Below, piece after piece: positions 7,397-15,730 of a DNA stretch of 35,039 nt (the first letter of the stretch is position 1; every line of letters starts with the position of its first letter). The notes under the pieces are model-generated. The model saw only the letters and a list, made by a program, of their open reading frames with translations. It was not told the DNA's origin and searched no databases. The DNA comes from a virus. Its lineage: Duplodnaviria; Caudoviricetes. The stretch covers positions 1 through 35,039 of the IMG/VR virus record IMGVR_UViG_3300035039_000258. One strand, given 5' to 3'. The position numbers were made by a program, and so were the translations under genes.

Positions 7397-9009
7397 TTAT
7401 GGAACTGACGCCGGTGATGAAGAATCAAATCCTGACGGACTGGCAGAACGCGCCTTTCGGGCATAAGCGCCGGGTGCTGGAGAAGTGGGCCGGGTCCCTG
7501 GGATGCACGGTAAAGACGCTTTACCTGCAGATCCCCAGGGAGCTTAAGAGCCAGCGCGAGCCCAGGAAGGGCGTGCCAAAGATTAAGGGCATAAAGGAGT
7601 TCTCCTTGATCGTGGCCCAGGTTAAGCGCAGGTCTCCCCGGAAACTGTTGGCTACTGAGGATGCCGTGGCGCTGGCCTATGAAAACGGCCTTATCCCGGA
7701 AGATATCGCAAAGGTGCCGGTGTCTACTTTTAATACGCATATGAGAAAACTTGGCATGAATAAAGGTTCCGGACGGGTGGTGCGGTTCCAGGCGGACTAT
7801 CCAAACCAGTTGCACCATATTGATGCATCGGGATCTGACTGTTTCTTTGTAAAAAAGAACCTGCCGGACGGAGACGCGGTATTGAAGCTGGATCACCGTC
7901 CTTACAAGGGGTACAAAAACAAGATCAAAGATCCTGAAGACGGGAACCGGCTGTGGGTTTACGGTCTGGTGGATGACCATTCCGGGTTAATGAAAGCCAG
8001 GTATGTTGCTGCGCCTGGTGAATCCAGTCTGGATAATTTGGATTTCGTCTCCTGGGTATGGTCTGAAATCGGATTGCCGGAGTGGCTGAAGGCGGATCAT
8101 GGACCGATGATGAAGACCTTAATTGCCAAGGAGTTTCTAAAAAATCTGAGTATTGATGTAGACCCCAGTGTTCCGGGGAAATCACGGACCCACGGCAAAA
8201 TAGAACGGCCATGGCGAACTATATGGCGACGGTTTGAAAATCCTTTTTACGTAGAAAATCATAAGACTTTTGAAATCACCCTTAGTGAGTTAAACCGGCG
8301 CTTTTCCAATTATCTTGAAAGTTACAATAATAAATTTCACCGGTATGAACGGCGGGTGACCCGGCTCAATGTATGGAAACGGGTCGGCCTGCGGGGAGGA
8401 ATTGTCAAGATGCCTGAGAATGCTATTCGGACCATGGCCCGGCGGTTTAAGAGAACAGTGGAGCATGACGGCTGTTTTTCTCTTCACGGAGAGGTGTATG
8501 AAGTCAAAGGGCTGCATAGGGCTAAGGTGTGGGTGTATCAGGGGGTGTTTGACGACCGGCTGATTGTTGAAGATGTGGCCACCGGCGAAAAATATGAGGT
8601 GGAGGTATTTAAACCTCTTGGTTTCCATGAGTTCAGGGGGCAAAAGGAGACGCCGGATGAATTGGCTTTTAAGCAGGCCAGGGAACTTAAGGCGAAGGAT
8701 AAAAACGGTAATGAACGGGATTTGAAGAACACACTGTATATGGCACCTGAAGATCATGGGAATGTTGAGTCTTTTCCGGTGCCGGTTAAAGAGATCCGGC
8801 AGGTTCCGGATGTGCTGGATGCTAATACATACCCGTCCGTTGAAGCGGCGCTTAGGGATTTTATCGCCATCAGCGGGGTGTTCCTGGATATGGATATCCA
8901 GGCGCGGATACGGGAGGAGATTATCAACAACGGCCTGAACAAAACCTTTGTGCGCGAGCTGGCGCTTGAGGTTCAGGCTGAAAACGAAAGGAGTGCAAAA
9001 CATGGGTAG
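7393..9009 (+). CDS. MuA-like DDE transposase (start may be ATG 7399)
   Basis: RNase H/integrase core motifs HHIDASG, VDDHSG, KADHG, GKIERPWRT; Mu-transposase C-terminal-like region. Confidence 0.9.
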   Translation: MIMELTPVMKNQILTDWQNAPFGHKRRVLEKWAGSLGCTVKTLYLQIPRELKSQREPRKGVPKIKGIKEFSLIVAQVKRRSPRKLLATEDAVALAYENGLIPEDIAKVPVSTFNTHMRKLGMNKGSGRVVRFQADYPNQLHHIDASGSDCFFVKKNLPDGDAVLKLDHRPYKGYKNKIKDPEDGNRLWVYGLVDDHSGLMKARYVAAPGESSLDNLDFVSWVWSEIGLPEWLKADHGPMMKTLIAKEFLKNLSIDVDPSVPGKSRTHGKIERPWRTIWRRFENPFYVENHKTFEITLSELNRRFSNYLESYNNKFHRYERRVTRLNVWKRVGLRGGIVKMPENAIRTMARRFKRTVEHDGCFSLHGEVYEVKGLHRAKVWVYQGVFDDRLIVEDVATGEKYEVEVFKPLGFHEFRGQKETPDELAFKQARELKAKDKNGNERDLKNTLYMAPEDHGNVESFPVPVKEIRQVPDVLDANTYPSVEAALRDFIAISGVFLDMDIQARIREEIINNGLNKTFVRELALEVQAENERSAKHG

Positions 9010-9889
9010 TATGTGCAGGTATGAATTACTGGATCTGTTGGGCTTTCCCGGAGATCCGTTCAAGGGTGTGAAGCATGAAACGGCGGACGCCTTGCGTGTG
9101 CGCCGGATTCTGAAAATGGCTGTAGCGGACCATGCCATGATCTCTATTGTGGGAGACCGGGGTATCGGAAAAACCACTGCCATCAAGGATGCGCTTTCCG
9201 ATATATCCGCCACCCTTGTTTTTGTGGACCCTGCGGACCGCGAGCGTATTGCTATCGGGGATGTGGAAAAGGAGATGATTCTGGCGCTGTCCGATGAGAA
9301 GCCCAAGGCCGGGCGAGTGGTCAGAAGCAAGCAATTGCGGCGGATTGTGGGTGAGGCCGGCCGGAAAAACGAGGTGGTTCTTGTGATTGAGGAGGCTCAC
9401 AGGCTGCATGGGCAGACCTTGAGAAGTCTGAAGACTTTGAGGGAAATGGAGTGGATGGGTGAGCGGGATCTGTTTACCGTCGTGTTTGCGGGGCAGTCAG
9501 ATCCCATGCGTAAGGCGGGTGTGTCCGAGGTGAGATTGAGGTCGGATTCAATTTACATGCAGGGGCTTACGGGTAATGAAATCCGGGCCTATATCTCGGA
9601 TACGGTGGGGAGTTTGTTTGACTCTGATGTGATCGAGGAGGTGGTGGGGATACCGGGAACCCGTAATTTCCTGGATCTTCGGGATAGGTTGTATGCGCTG
9701 ATGGCGCGGGCCGTTGCCGGCGGGCGGGATCGGGTTGTGTGTGAGGATGTTGTGGAAGAGTTTGGTAAAGGTTTAAGTAAGCCGGTGCAGCGGGATAAGT
9801 CCTGTAGCAAGGCTTCCAGAGACGCGTCGGCTATTGGGAAAGTGCTTGGCCGGAGAAGTGCCGGAAATAAAGAATTAACAGCGGTTTAA
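9002..9889 (+). CDS. MuB/ExeA-like AAA+ ATPase (transposition target-capture)
   Basis: Walker A GDRGIGKTT, Walker B VLVIEEAH, FAGQ sensor; directly follows the transposase; SD AGGAG before ATG 9002. Confidence 0.9.
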   Translation: MGSMCRYELLDLLGFPGDPFKGVKHETADALRVRRILKMAVADHAMISIVGDRGIGKTTAIKDALSDISATLVFVDPADRERIAIGDVEKEMILALSDEKPKAGRVVRSKQLRRIVGEAGRKNEVVLVIEEAHRLHGQTLRSLKTLREMEWMGERDLFTVVFAGQSDPMRKAGVSEVRLRSDSIYMQGLTGNEIRAYISDTVGSLFDSDVIEEVVGIPGTRNFLDLRDRLYALMARAVAGGRDRVVCEDVVEEFGKGLSKPVQRDKSCSKASRDASAIGKVLGRRSAGNKELTAV

Positions 9890-9913
9890 TTTTATCTGTT
9901 GAGGAGGAGCAGA

Positions 9914-10531
9914 ATGACTAAAAACCAAACAATGCAGGAAATATTTTACTTCAACAGGGAATATAAGCTGACCCGCTTAGACAAGGCCAATGTCATGAGA
10001 AGCCTTGGCGGCGCTGTTGAACGGGCTGATGACGGTCAGGTCCTTTTGGGTTTCTGTACAAAAACAGACCACCTGCCGGATGGCTTCCATCAGCAGAAAA
10101 TACCGGGAGGAGGCAGTTATATAGAGGCGTTTTCAACCGGCCGGTTCGACGGTGATTATTTGATGGTGGAGTGTGACGGACGTACTGCGGATAATGAGAT
10201 GTTCAGTTCAGAGGTGGGGTTCATGCTCAGTGCTATAGCATCCCCTGTTTTTGTCTCGTATGGAGAAGCGGCCGTAGAGGTTACAGAGCGGTGCAGGTGC
10301 CCGGTATGCGGCAAAGAATATGAGCTGTGTCTTGATTATGTCCCGGCAGGGAGTGACGCGGCCTCAATTTTAGCTGACCCGTTGGGTGTGACGTGCAGGG
10401 ATTGCAGTGCTGCGGCGGACCGGATGTTCGGGGCTGCGCTCATGGAAGGACTTTGGGCTACAGGCAGACTTGGGCTTGCCGAAATGTTTTGCCGTGAAGC
10501 GATCTCTATACACCCATTCGAGGAGGCTTGA
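9914..10531 (+). CDS. hypothetical protein with C-terminal zinc ribbon
   Basis: SD GAGGAG; CPVC...CRDC. Confidence 0.75.
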   Translation: MTKNQTMQEIFYFNREYKLTRLDKANVMRSLGGAVERADDGQVLLGFCTKTDHLPDGFHQQKIPGGGSYIEAFSTGRFDGDYLMVECDGRTADNEMFSSEVGFMLSAIASPVFVSYGEAAVEVTERCRCPVCGKEYELCLDYVPAGSDAASILADPLGVTCRDCSAAADRMFGAALMEGLWATGRLGLAEMFCREAISIHPFEEA

Positions 10532-10533
10532 TA

Positions 10534-10662
10534 ATGGATTTTTTTATAGGACTGTGGTGTCTGCTTGAGATGGTAAGTGAATTTTTTGTTATCGCATTTA
10601 TTGGTGGGTTTTTCTGGTATTGCGCGGTCCGAAAATTCAAAAGTCTTAAAGAAGACGAATAG
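10534..10662 (+). CDS. small membrane protein, 42 aa (not in ORF track)
   Basis: SD GAGGAGG; MDFFIGLWCLLEMVSEFFVIAFIGGFFWYCAVRKFKSLKEDE. Confidence 0.65.
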   Translation: MDFFIGLWCLLEMVSEFFVIAFIGGFFWYCAVRKFKSLKEDE

Positions 10663-10738
10663 GAAGAGCGGCCCGGAAGGTGTTCCAGCACCTTTGCTCC
10701 GGGCCTTGTGCAACAACCACGCAAGCTGAAGCAGCGGC

Positions 10739-10768
10739 AGTGTATCCGGGGTATCCGGCCACTGTCAA
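10739..10768 (-). promoter_or_regulatory. leftward sigma70-like promoter (possible antisense RNA)
   Basis: Minus strand TTGACA-18 bp-TACACT in an intergenic gap. Confidence 0.55.
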
Positions 10769-10784
10769 TGAAAAGGAGACGATC

Positions 10785-10994
10785 ATGTACGACCGAATTC
10801 ACTCAAGAAGTGTTACCCGTAACAACCCGCCCCATTTTATTGAAATGTACTGTTGTGAATGCGGCAGGATTTATCCTGCCACCAACCCGGGCCTGCCTTG
10901 CCGGGCGTGCCGGTCCCAGGCGGTGGTGCCTGCCGGGGGGTGGCGTCCGGAGAAGACCCGGCGCAAGGCAAGGGGCGTGTCCCGTGTATTGTGA
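10785..10994 (+). CDS. small zinc-ribbon protein
   Basis: SD AAGGAG before ATG 10785; CCECG...CRAC. Confidence 0.65.
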   Translation: MYDRIHSRSVTRNNPPHFIEMYCCECGRIYPATNPGLPCRACRSQAVVPAGGWRPEKTRRKARGVSRVL

Positions 10995-11187
10995 GGTTTA
11001 TAGGGCCACTATTCCGGAGAAGACGTGCGTGTTGCGGCAAAAGGTCATGGCCGCAGGTCCCGGAAAGTGTTCAGGGCTCTTCATAGTGGATTTATACAGC
11101 CAGTTTATCGGGTGCCGTGGGTGTGCTGCGGGCCTGGCGCTTTATGGAAAATACAAGAAAGGAGTGTACAAGCATGTCAGACGTTAA
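10984..11187 (+). CDS. small Cys-rich hypothetical protein
   Basis: GTG start overlapping the previous gene; C-x11-C...CRGC; overlaps the next start. Confidence 0.55.
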   Translation: MYCEVYRATIPEKTCVLRQKVMAAGPGKCSGLFIVDLYSQFIGCRGCAAGLALYGKYKKGVYKHVRR

Positions 11188-11788
11188 TTTGAATGAATAT
11201 ATGACGGACGGCCAGGGCCGTTTGGTGCACAAGGACAATGTCAAGGAGATCGACAAGGCCCGGGACGATATGGTTCGGCGTATAGTGGAAAAGGCGCAGT
11301 TGCTGCAGGACGAGATGGCTAAGTTCAAGGACGTCGCGATGTCGGAAATCGACGCGTTTGTGGATATGTCCGCAGCAGATTACGGGGTGACCCTGGGCGG
11401 GAAAAAGGGAAATTTGAATCTGTTCAGCTATGACGGCAAATACAAAATTCAGGTGCAGGTGGCCGAGTATGTTGTGCCTGACGAGCGGCTGAACGCTGCA
11501 AAGGCGCTTATCGACAAGCTGTTGAATTCATGGACTCAGGGCAGCAGATCCGAGGTGAAAACGATCATCAACGACGCGTTTGCCGTTGATCAGGAGGGTA
11601 AGTTCAATCTGCGCCGTATTCTTGGGCTCCGACGGCTGGAGATCCGGGACCCGGACTGGAAAGAGGCCATGGATGCCATTTCGGACAGTTTACAGGTGAT
11701 AGGGTCCAAGCGGTATATGCGGGTGTACGAGAGGGTTGGAAATCAGGACCAACCCAAACCCATCAGCCTTGATTTTGCTGCGTTGTAG
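11174..11788 (+). CDS. DUF3164 family protein
   Basis: YMTDGQGRLV...GGKKGNLNLFSYDGKYKI...KRYMRVYER...PISLDFAAL, the family typical of Mu-like phages. Confidence 0.9.
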   Translation: MSDVNLNEYMTDGQGRLVHKDNVKEIDKARDDMVRRIVEKAQLLQDEMAKFKDVAMSEIDAFVDMSAADYGVTLGGKKGNLNLFSYDGKYKIQVQVAEYVVPDERLNAAKALIDKLLNSWTQGSRSEVKTIINDAFAVDQEGKFNLRRILGLRRLEIRDPDWKEAMDAISDSLQVIGSKRYMRVYERVGNQDQPKPISLDFAAL

Positions 11789-11797
11789 GAGGGAAAG

Positions 11798-12388
11798 ATG
11801 CTTAAAGAAAATCGTGAATCAAGCAAGAAACAGCGGCAGTTGATTGCCATGGCATGCGGTCATTTCGGTATCGGAAAGACGGACAAGCAAGTGATGCTGA
11901 TGACGAGGTACGGCGTCAGCTCCACCACTGAGCTGACCTATGCCCAGGCCGAAGAGGTTATTGATGATTATGTACGCAAAGGGTTTGTGATCAAGTCTGA
12001 GAAACGGCCGTATTTCCGGCGGCAACGGCCTGTGGCCGGGGCGCACCGGAAAAAAACGGGCAAGGTTACGGCTATGGCCACCCCGGCGGAACTGGAGAAG
12101 ATCGACGCCTTGGCCGGTCTGATCGCCTGGCGGGCGGAGAACGGCATGGTCAAATGGATGCGAAAACGGTTTAAAATTTCGCAGGTTAAAACTTCCCGTG
12201 ACGCCTTTGTGGTGATCGAAGGGCTTAAGGGGATGTTTGAGAATCAGATGAAAAAGGCCCATGGCCCGGACTGGTGGTTGGCCGATCATGAGGATGTGGA
12301 GATCTGCTTTTATATTGCGGAACACTTCCCCCATCTGGTGGCCGGTGCTGTGGTGCCGGCGTATGCCAGGGTAATGGAGACGGCATGA
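11798..12388 (+). CDS. gemA: GemA / Mu gp16 (DUF1018) family protein
   Basis: RYGVSSTTELT...AEEVID...GF and VIEGLKGM motifs; position after DUF3164. Confidence 0.75.
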   Translation: MLKENRESSKKQRQLIAMACGHFGIGKTDKQVMLMTRYGVSSTTELTYAQAEEVIDDYVRKGFVIKSEKRPYFRRQRPVAGAHRKKTGKVTAMATPAELEKIDALAGLIAWRAENGMVKWMRKRFKISQVKTSRDAFVVIEGLKGMFENQMKKAHGPDWWLADHEDVEICFYIAEHFPHLVAGAVVPAYARVMETA

Positions 12389-12669
12389 GCCGCAAGAGAA
12401 AATACACCAAAGCCGAAGCCCTTGGGCTTAAACGGCGCATCCGTGATATCAGGGCCGGCAGGTGCTATTGTTTTGTGCTCGGTGAGGCTTTGGCGGAAAA
12501 GCGGGTCTCCCGGGCAGCGGTTGAAGCGATGAAGCAGTTAAAGGCCCGGTGTCCCCTTCATGTGTCCGGAGAGTGCCGGCTTTGCCGTGAAAAATTGGAT
12601 CAGGGCGGAATCGATATTTTTGAGGCTGCAGGGGATCTGGGGCTGAGAGGAGCAAATGATGAGACGTGA
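12385..12669 (+). CDS. hypothetical protein
   Basis: ATGA overlap with the previous gene; SD GGAG. Confidence 0.65.
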   Translation: MSRKRKYTKAEALGLKRRIRDIRAGRCYCFVLGEALAEKRVSRAAVEAMKQLKARCPLHVSGECRLCREKLDQGGIDIFEAAGDLGLRGANDET

Positions 12670-12871
12670 GACAGGCATAATGTTGATTGTGGTATTGGTA
12701 ATGTGTGTGGGGATTGCGGTGTGCCATATCAGCTGGGCCATGGACATAGAACGGGAAATCGCAATGCTTAAGGCAAAGGTTGCTGCTTTGCAGGCGGTTG
12801 AGGTGTCTGAATATGAGGTGCCCGTGATTGATGCGATACCTGTGGCGTGTTCTAACGGGATTAAATACTGA
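12656..12871 (+). CDS. small protein with N-terminal TM segment
   Basis: SD GAGGAG; IMLIVVLVMCVGIAVC. Confidence 0.65.
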   Translation: MMRRETGIMLIVVLVMCVGIAVCHISWAMDIEREIAMLKAKVAALQAVEVSEYEVPVIDAIPVACSNGIKY

Positions 12872-12887
12872 ATTAAATGGAGGACGT

Positions 12888-13157
12888 ATGTTTTATACGC
12901 AAAAAGACATTGATCAGATATCAGTAATCGCGTCAAATACAGTAAAACAAGAGTTTGCAGAACATGGCGACTGTAACCCTCCTGTAATTACACCAGGAAT
13001 GGTCCGAAACGTTTTAAAGGTGGCAGATGCAATATCATCAGGCTCGTCGCCATGCAGGAATACCGGTTGTGAGCATTATGACACAACTGATCCTGATGGG
13101 TTTAATTGCCCGCTCTTTTATCCTCCCAGCTCAGAATGTGAGGGGTATAGGAAATAA
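12888..13157 (+). CDS. hypothetical protein, Cys-containing C-terminus
   Basis: SD GGAGG before ATG 12888. Confidence 0.7.
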   Translation: MFYTQKDIDQISVIASNTVKQEFAEHGDCNPPVITPGMVRNVLKVADAISSGSSPCRNTGCEHYDTTDPDGFNCPLFYPPSSECEGYRK

Positions 13158-13240
13158 TATAGAATCGGGCAATGACAAATAGTCAAGAGAATGGCTTTGA
13201 GTCGGTTTGATGATGTATTAAATGGAGCAAGGAAACTATC

Positions 13241-13381
13241 ATGACTAAATTTATTGTCGTCTGGCTGATAGCAACGCTTGGAGCTTATGTGGGCTTAAAT
13301 ATTTTAAAAAAACCAGCACATATCTGGCTTTGCGGGGTGCTTACGATGGTCGTGGCAGACACTGTGTACAGAGTTATTTAA
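13241..13381 (+). CDS. small two-TM protein, 46 aa (not in ORF track)
   Basis: SD AAGGA; MTKFIVVWLIATLGAYVGLNILKKPAHIWLCGVLTMVVADTVYRVI. Confidence 0.6.
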   Translation: MTKFIVVWLIATLGAYVGLNILKKPAHIWLCGVLTMVVADTVYRVI

Positions 13382-13408
13382 TCGGGCATTAACTGTAATG
13401 GAGGAGTT

Positions 13409-13735
13409 ATGAGTTATCAAGATTTTGTATTTCAAAATATGCTTGGTATGGATAAGGCCGCTTTCTTACGCAAAGCCGGATTAATGCGGAATCCAGAAGG
13501 GTTTGAAAAGCCTGGATACTGTCCAATTTGCAAAAAAGAATTACGCCAAAACGATCAAGGAGACCTGTATTGTACAGATTGGAACCCCGGGTATGAAAAG
13601 GAAGGTGGTTGCTACTGGCATCGGTATGCCGATGGGTTAAATTATTGGTCAGAGCCTGAAGAGATATTCAAAGTCATGGCTGAAAACGATCCAGAATTTA
13701 AGAAAATGTACGACCAGGCAAAATCAAGATTATAA
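13409..13735 (+). CDS. hypothetical zinc-binding protein
   Basis: SD GGAGGAG; CPIC...YC...GC. Confidence 0.75.
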   Translation: MSYQDFVFQNMLGMDKAAFLRKAGLMRNPEGFEKPGYCPICKKELRQNDQGDLYCTDWNPGYEKEGGCYWHRYADGLNYWSEPEEIFKVMAENDPEFKKMYDQAKSRL

Positions 13736-13743
13736 TATAAACA

Positions 13744-14013
13744 ATGACTATGAACCTTGAAAAAATAATCTGCCAGGTATGGGTTGCATTATTCGGCGGG
13801 GCTGCGATCTGGCTGGTGGGTAGGCGGGAGCGCTGGGGCCGGTGGGGTTTTATCTGCGGGTTGCTGTCTCAGCCGGCATGGCTTTATACATCGGTGAAAC
13901 ATGGGCAGTGGGGCGTTGTTGCTCTATCGATCTGGTATACCTATGCCTGGCTCCAGGGAATTTATAATTATTGGATTCGGAGTAAACGCGATGGACAAGC
14001 GGCGGATCGTTGA
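13744..14013 (+). CDS. small Trp-rich membrane protein (three TM)
   Basis: WGFICGLLSQPAWLY...QWGVV...GIYNYW pattern. Confidence 0.75.
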   Translation: MTMNLEKIICQVWVALFGGAAIWLVGRRERWGRWGFICGLLSQPAWLYTSVKHGQWGVVALSIWYTYAWLQGIYNYWIRSKRDGQAADR

Positions 14014-14191
14014 AATGGCAAGGGATGCGGCTTTGATGAACTGGAGAGATAAGATTATCCGGCTCAATCGCCTGGAATCTGATATTCAGGCCCAGATTCG
14101 TGAATTTGTAGAATTAACAGGTGTTCAGATCAAAGATATTCAGCTTTATGACCCGGTGACGGGTGAAGTGCAGTTTGAAACAGATCTTTAA
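13991..14191 (+). CDS. hypothetical protein
   Basis: SD GGAG before ATG 13991; fills the gap to the next gene. Confidence 0.65.
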   Translation: MDKRRIVEMARDAALMNWRDKIIRLNRLESDIQAQIREFVELTGVQIKDIQLYDPVTGEVQFETDL

Positions 14192-14203
14192 CAGGGAGGT
14201 GTT

Positions 14204-14527
14204 ATGAGTCGCATATCAGATGAACAATTCCAGGAGATGCTGGCCCAGGCTGGCCTGCCGGTCCGGGCCAGCTATCGGCCGGGTGAAGTGTGCAGTGTGA
14301 TCGGCATCTCGCCAAGGACGTTCTGGCGGCTCACCGAACGATATGAGGTCGACCCTGACACCGGGGGGCCTGCCCACCCCAACAGCATTGATTCTTATCT
14401 TTTGCGCAGTCACCGCCGGGTCCGGTACCAGGAGATCCTGGCTTACCTGAACCGGAACAACACCTACGAGCGCAGAAACGCGGCTGACCCCAGACAAATG
14501 CTTTTGTTTGAAGATTTTCAGGGATAA
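14204..14527 (+). CDS. MerR/Xis-like HTH DNA-binding protein, probable late-gene activator
   Basis: YRPGEVCSVIGISPRTFWRL...HRRVRYQEI; last early gene, in the position of Mu C/Mor. Confidence 0.75.
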   Translation: MSRISDEQFQEMLAQAGLPVRASYRPGEVCSVIGISPRTFWRLTERYEVDPDTGGPAHPNSIDSYLLRSHRRVRYQEILAYLNRNNTYERRNAADPRQMLLFEDFQG

Positions 14528-14557
14528 CCCGCCCCTCCCATTTTCATAATTCTTCAT

Positions 14558-14591
14558 TAACGCCCGCCTCATTTTTTTGAGGCGGGCGTTA
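14558..14591 (+). terminator. stem-loop ending the early/middle operon
   Basis: Perfect 14-bp inverted repeat TAACGCCCGCCTCA / TGAGGCGGGCGTTA with a T6 loop; weak downstream T-tract. Confidence 0.7.
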
Positions 14592-14598
14592 TCTATTG

Positions 14599-14650
14599 TG
14601 CCAAAACATGACAAACCGGACAGCTTTTCCGGGCCTCCCATGGGTATAAA
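14599..14650 (+). promoter_or_regulatory. putative activator-dependent late promoter
   Basis: TATAAA at 14645-14650 without a good -35; direct repeats TGCCAA/TGACAA/GGACAG at 14599/14609/14618. Confidence 0.5.
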
Positions 14651-14700
14651 TAGCCTGTTGAGTTTCAAAATAATATTGATTTCAAGGTACAGGGGAGCGG

Positions 14701-15144
14701 ATGGGAAAACGCGAAGTTGATTCAATTATCATCCATTGCAGCGATTCAGAATTCGGATGTGTGGATGTGATTGATCTGTGGCACAGGCAAAGGGGGTGGA
14801 ACGGAATCGGGTATCATTTCGTTATCACCAATGGACGGTTGACATCTGATCAGGGCTATTCCGGATTTAATGACGGTCTTATCCAGACCGGGCGGTATAT
14901 CAACCTGGTTGGTGCTCATTGCAAGGGATTCAATAAGAGATCCATCGGCATCTGCCTGATCGGCAAGCACGGGTTTACGGCCAAGCAGCTCTACCAGGCG
15001 CTGCCGGAGCTGCTGGGTAAGCTGATGCTGGAATATGACATCAGTATTGAACAGGTGCGGGGGCATTGCGAATTTTCCAAGGCCAAGACCTGTCCGAATA
15101 TCTCGCCGGATATCATTCGTAAGATCGCCGAGTATTCGGTCTAA
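14701..15144 (+). CDS. N-acetylmuramoyl-L-alanine amidase endolysin (Amidase_2, T7 lysozyme-like)
   Basis: IIIHCS, GWNGIGYHFVI, GAHCKGFN..SIGICLIG, GHCE, KTCP zinc-amidase motifs. Confidence 0.95.
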   Translation: MGKREVDSIIIHCSDSEFGCVDVIDLWHRQRGWNGIGYHFVITNGRLTSDQGYSGFNDGLIQTGRYINLVGAHCKGFNKRSIGICLIGKHGFTAKQLYQALPELLGKLMLEYDISIEQVRGHCEFSKAKTCPNISPDIIRKIAEYSV

Positions 15145-15156
15145 AAGGAGGTCTGG

Positions 15157-15492
15157 GTGGACCCGTCAACAATCGTAACGTCAGCACCATCTTACATGAA
15201 AATTCTCGAAGCCGTTCTGAACCTTGGCCCCATCGGGCTGGTTCTGGTGTTCTGGTATTTCGGCCAACAAAAGACCGATGATAATCAGCGCAGGGCCGAA
15301 GAGCGGGTTCAGAAAGTTATGGACCGTTACGCAGCGGACATGAAGGAGATGCGTGACATGTATCTGACCAATGCCTCCCTGGTGAAGCGATATGAGGAGG
15401 TGGCCGGAGATCTCAGAGAGGTGGTGATTCTTAATACCCAGGCCATGACCCGGCTGGTGGACCGAATCGACAAGGAGAAGAACCATGAGTGA
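15157..15492 (+). CDS. holin-like single-TM protein
   Basis: TM LNLGPIGLVLVFWYF followed by a coiled coil; adjacent to the endolysin; SD AAGGAGG. Confidence 0.65.
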   Translation: MDPSTIVTSAPSYMKILEAVLNLGPIGLVLVFWYFGQQKTDDNQRRAEERVQKVMDRYAADMKEMRDMYLTNASLVKRYEEVAGDLREVVILNTQAMTRLVDRIDKEKNHE

Positions 15493-15730
15493 GCGGTTAA
15501 TCTGGCAGGGGCAGAAACAGGAAAAATCACTTGCGGCCCAGGAGCTTAAGATCTCCATTGAAGGGATTCGGGACAGCTTGAGGATACTGCTGAACCCCCA
15601 TACCGACGTGGGAGAGATGGACCCGGAAAAGATCAGCGGGCAAGCGTTTGAACTGGCTGACAAGGTGGCCCGCTACAAGGGGCTTGAAGCCGAAATCAAA
15701 AACCTTAACCGGTCTTTGGGTCTGGAATAA
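15485..15730 (+). CDS. hypothetical protein
   Basis: SD AAGGAG; overlaps both neighbours. Confidence 0.8.
   Translation: MSERLIWQGQKQEKSLAAQELKISIEGIRDSLRILLNPHTDVGEMDPEKISGQAFELADKVARYKGLEAEIKNLNRSLGLE

Noticed and set aside
8290-9330. 346-aa minus-strand ORF over transposase/ATPase
   Set aside because: Antisense shadow of two well-supported genes; no SD or motifs.
9002-9889. ExeA-like ATPase as type II secretion component
   Set aside because: No secretion genes; adjacency to the transposase indicates a MuB role. Walker B EEAH instead of DEA is noted but is not evidence of inactivity.
13744-14013. PnuC-like transporter as auxiliary metabolic gene
   Set aside because: Only 89 aa; resemblance too superficial to assign function.
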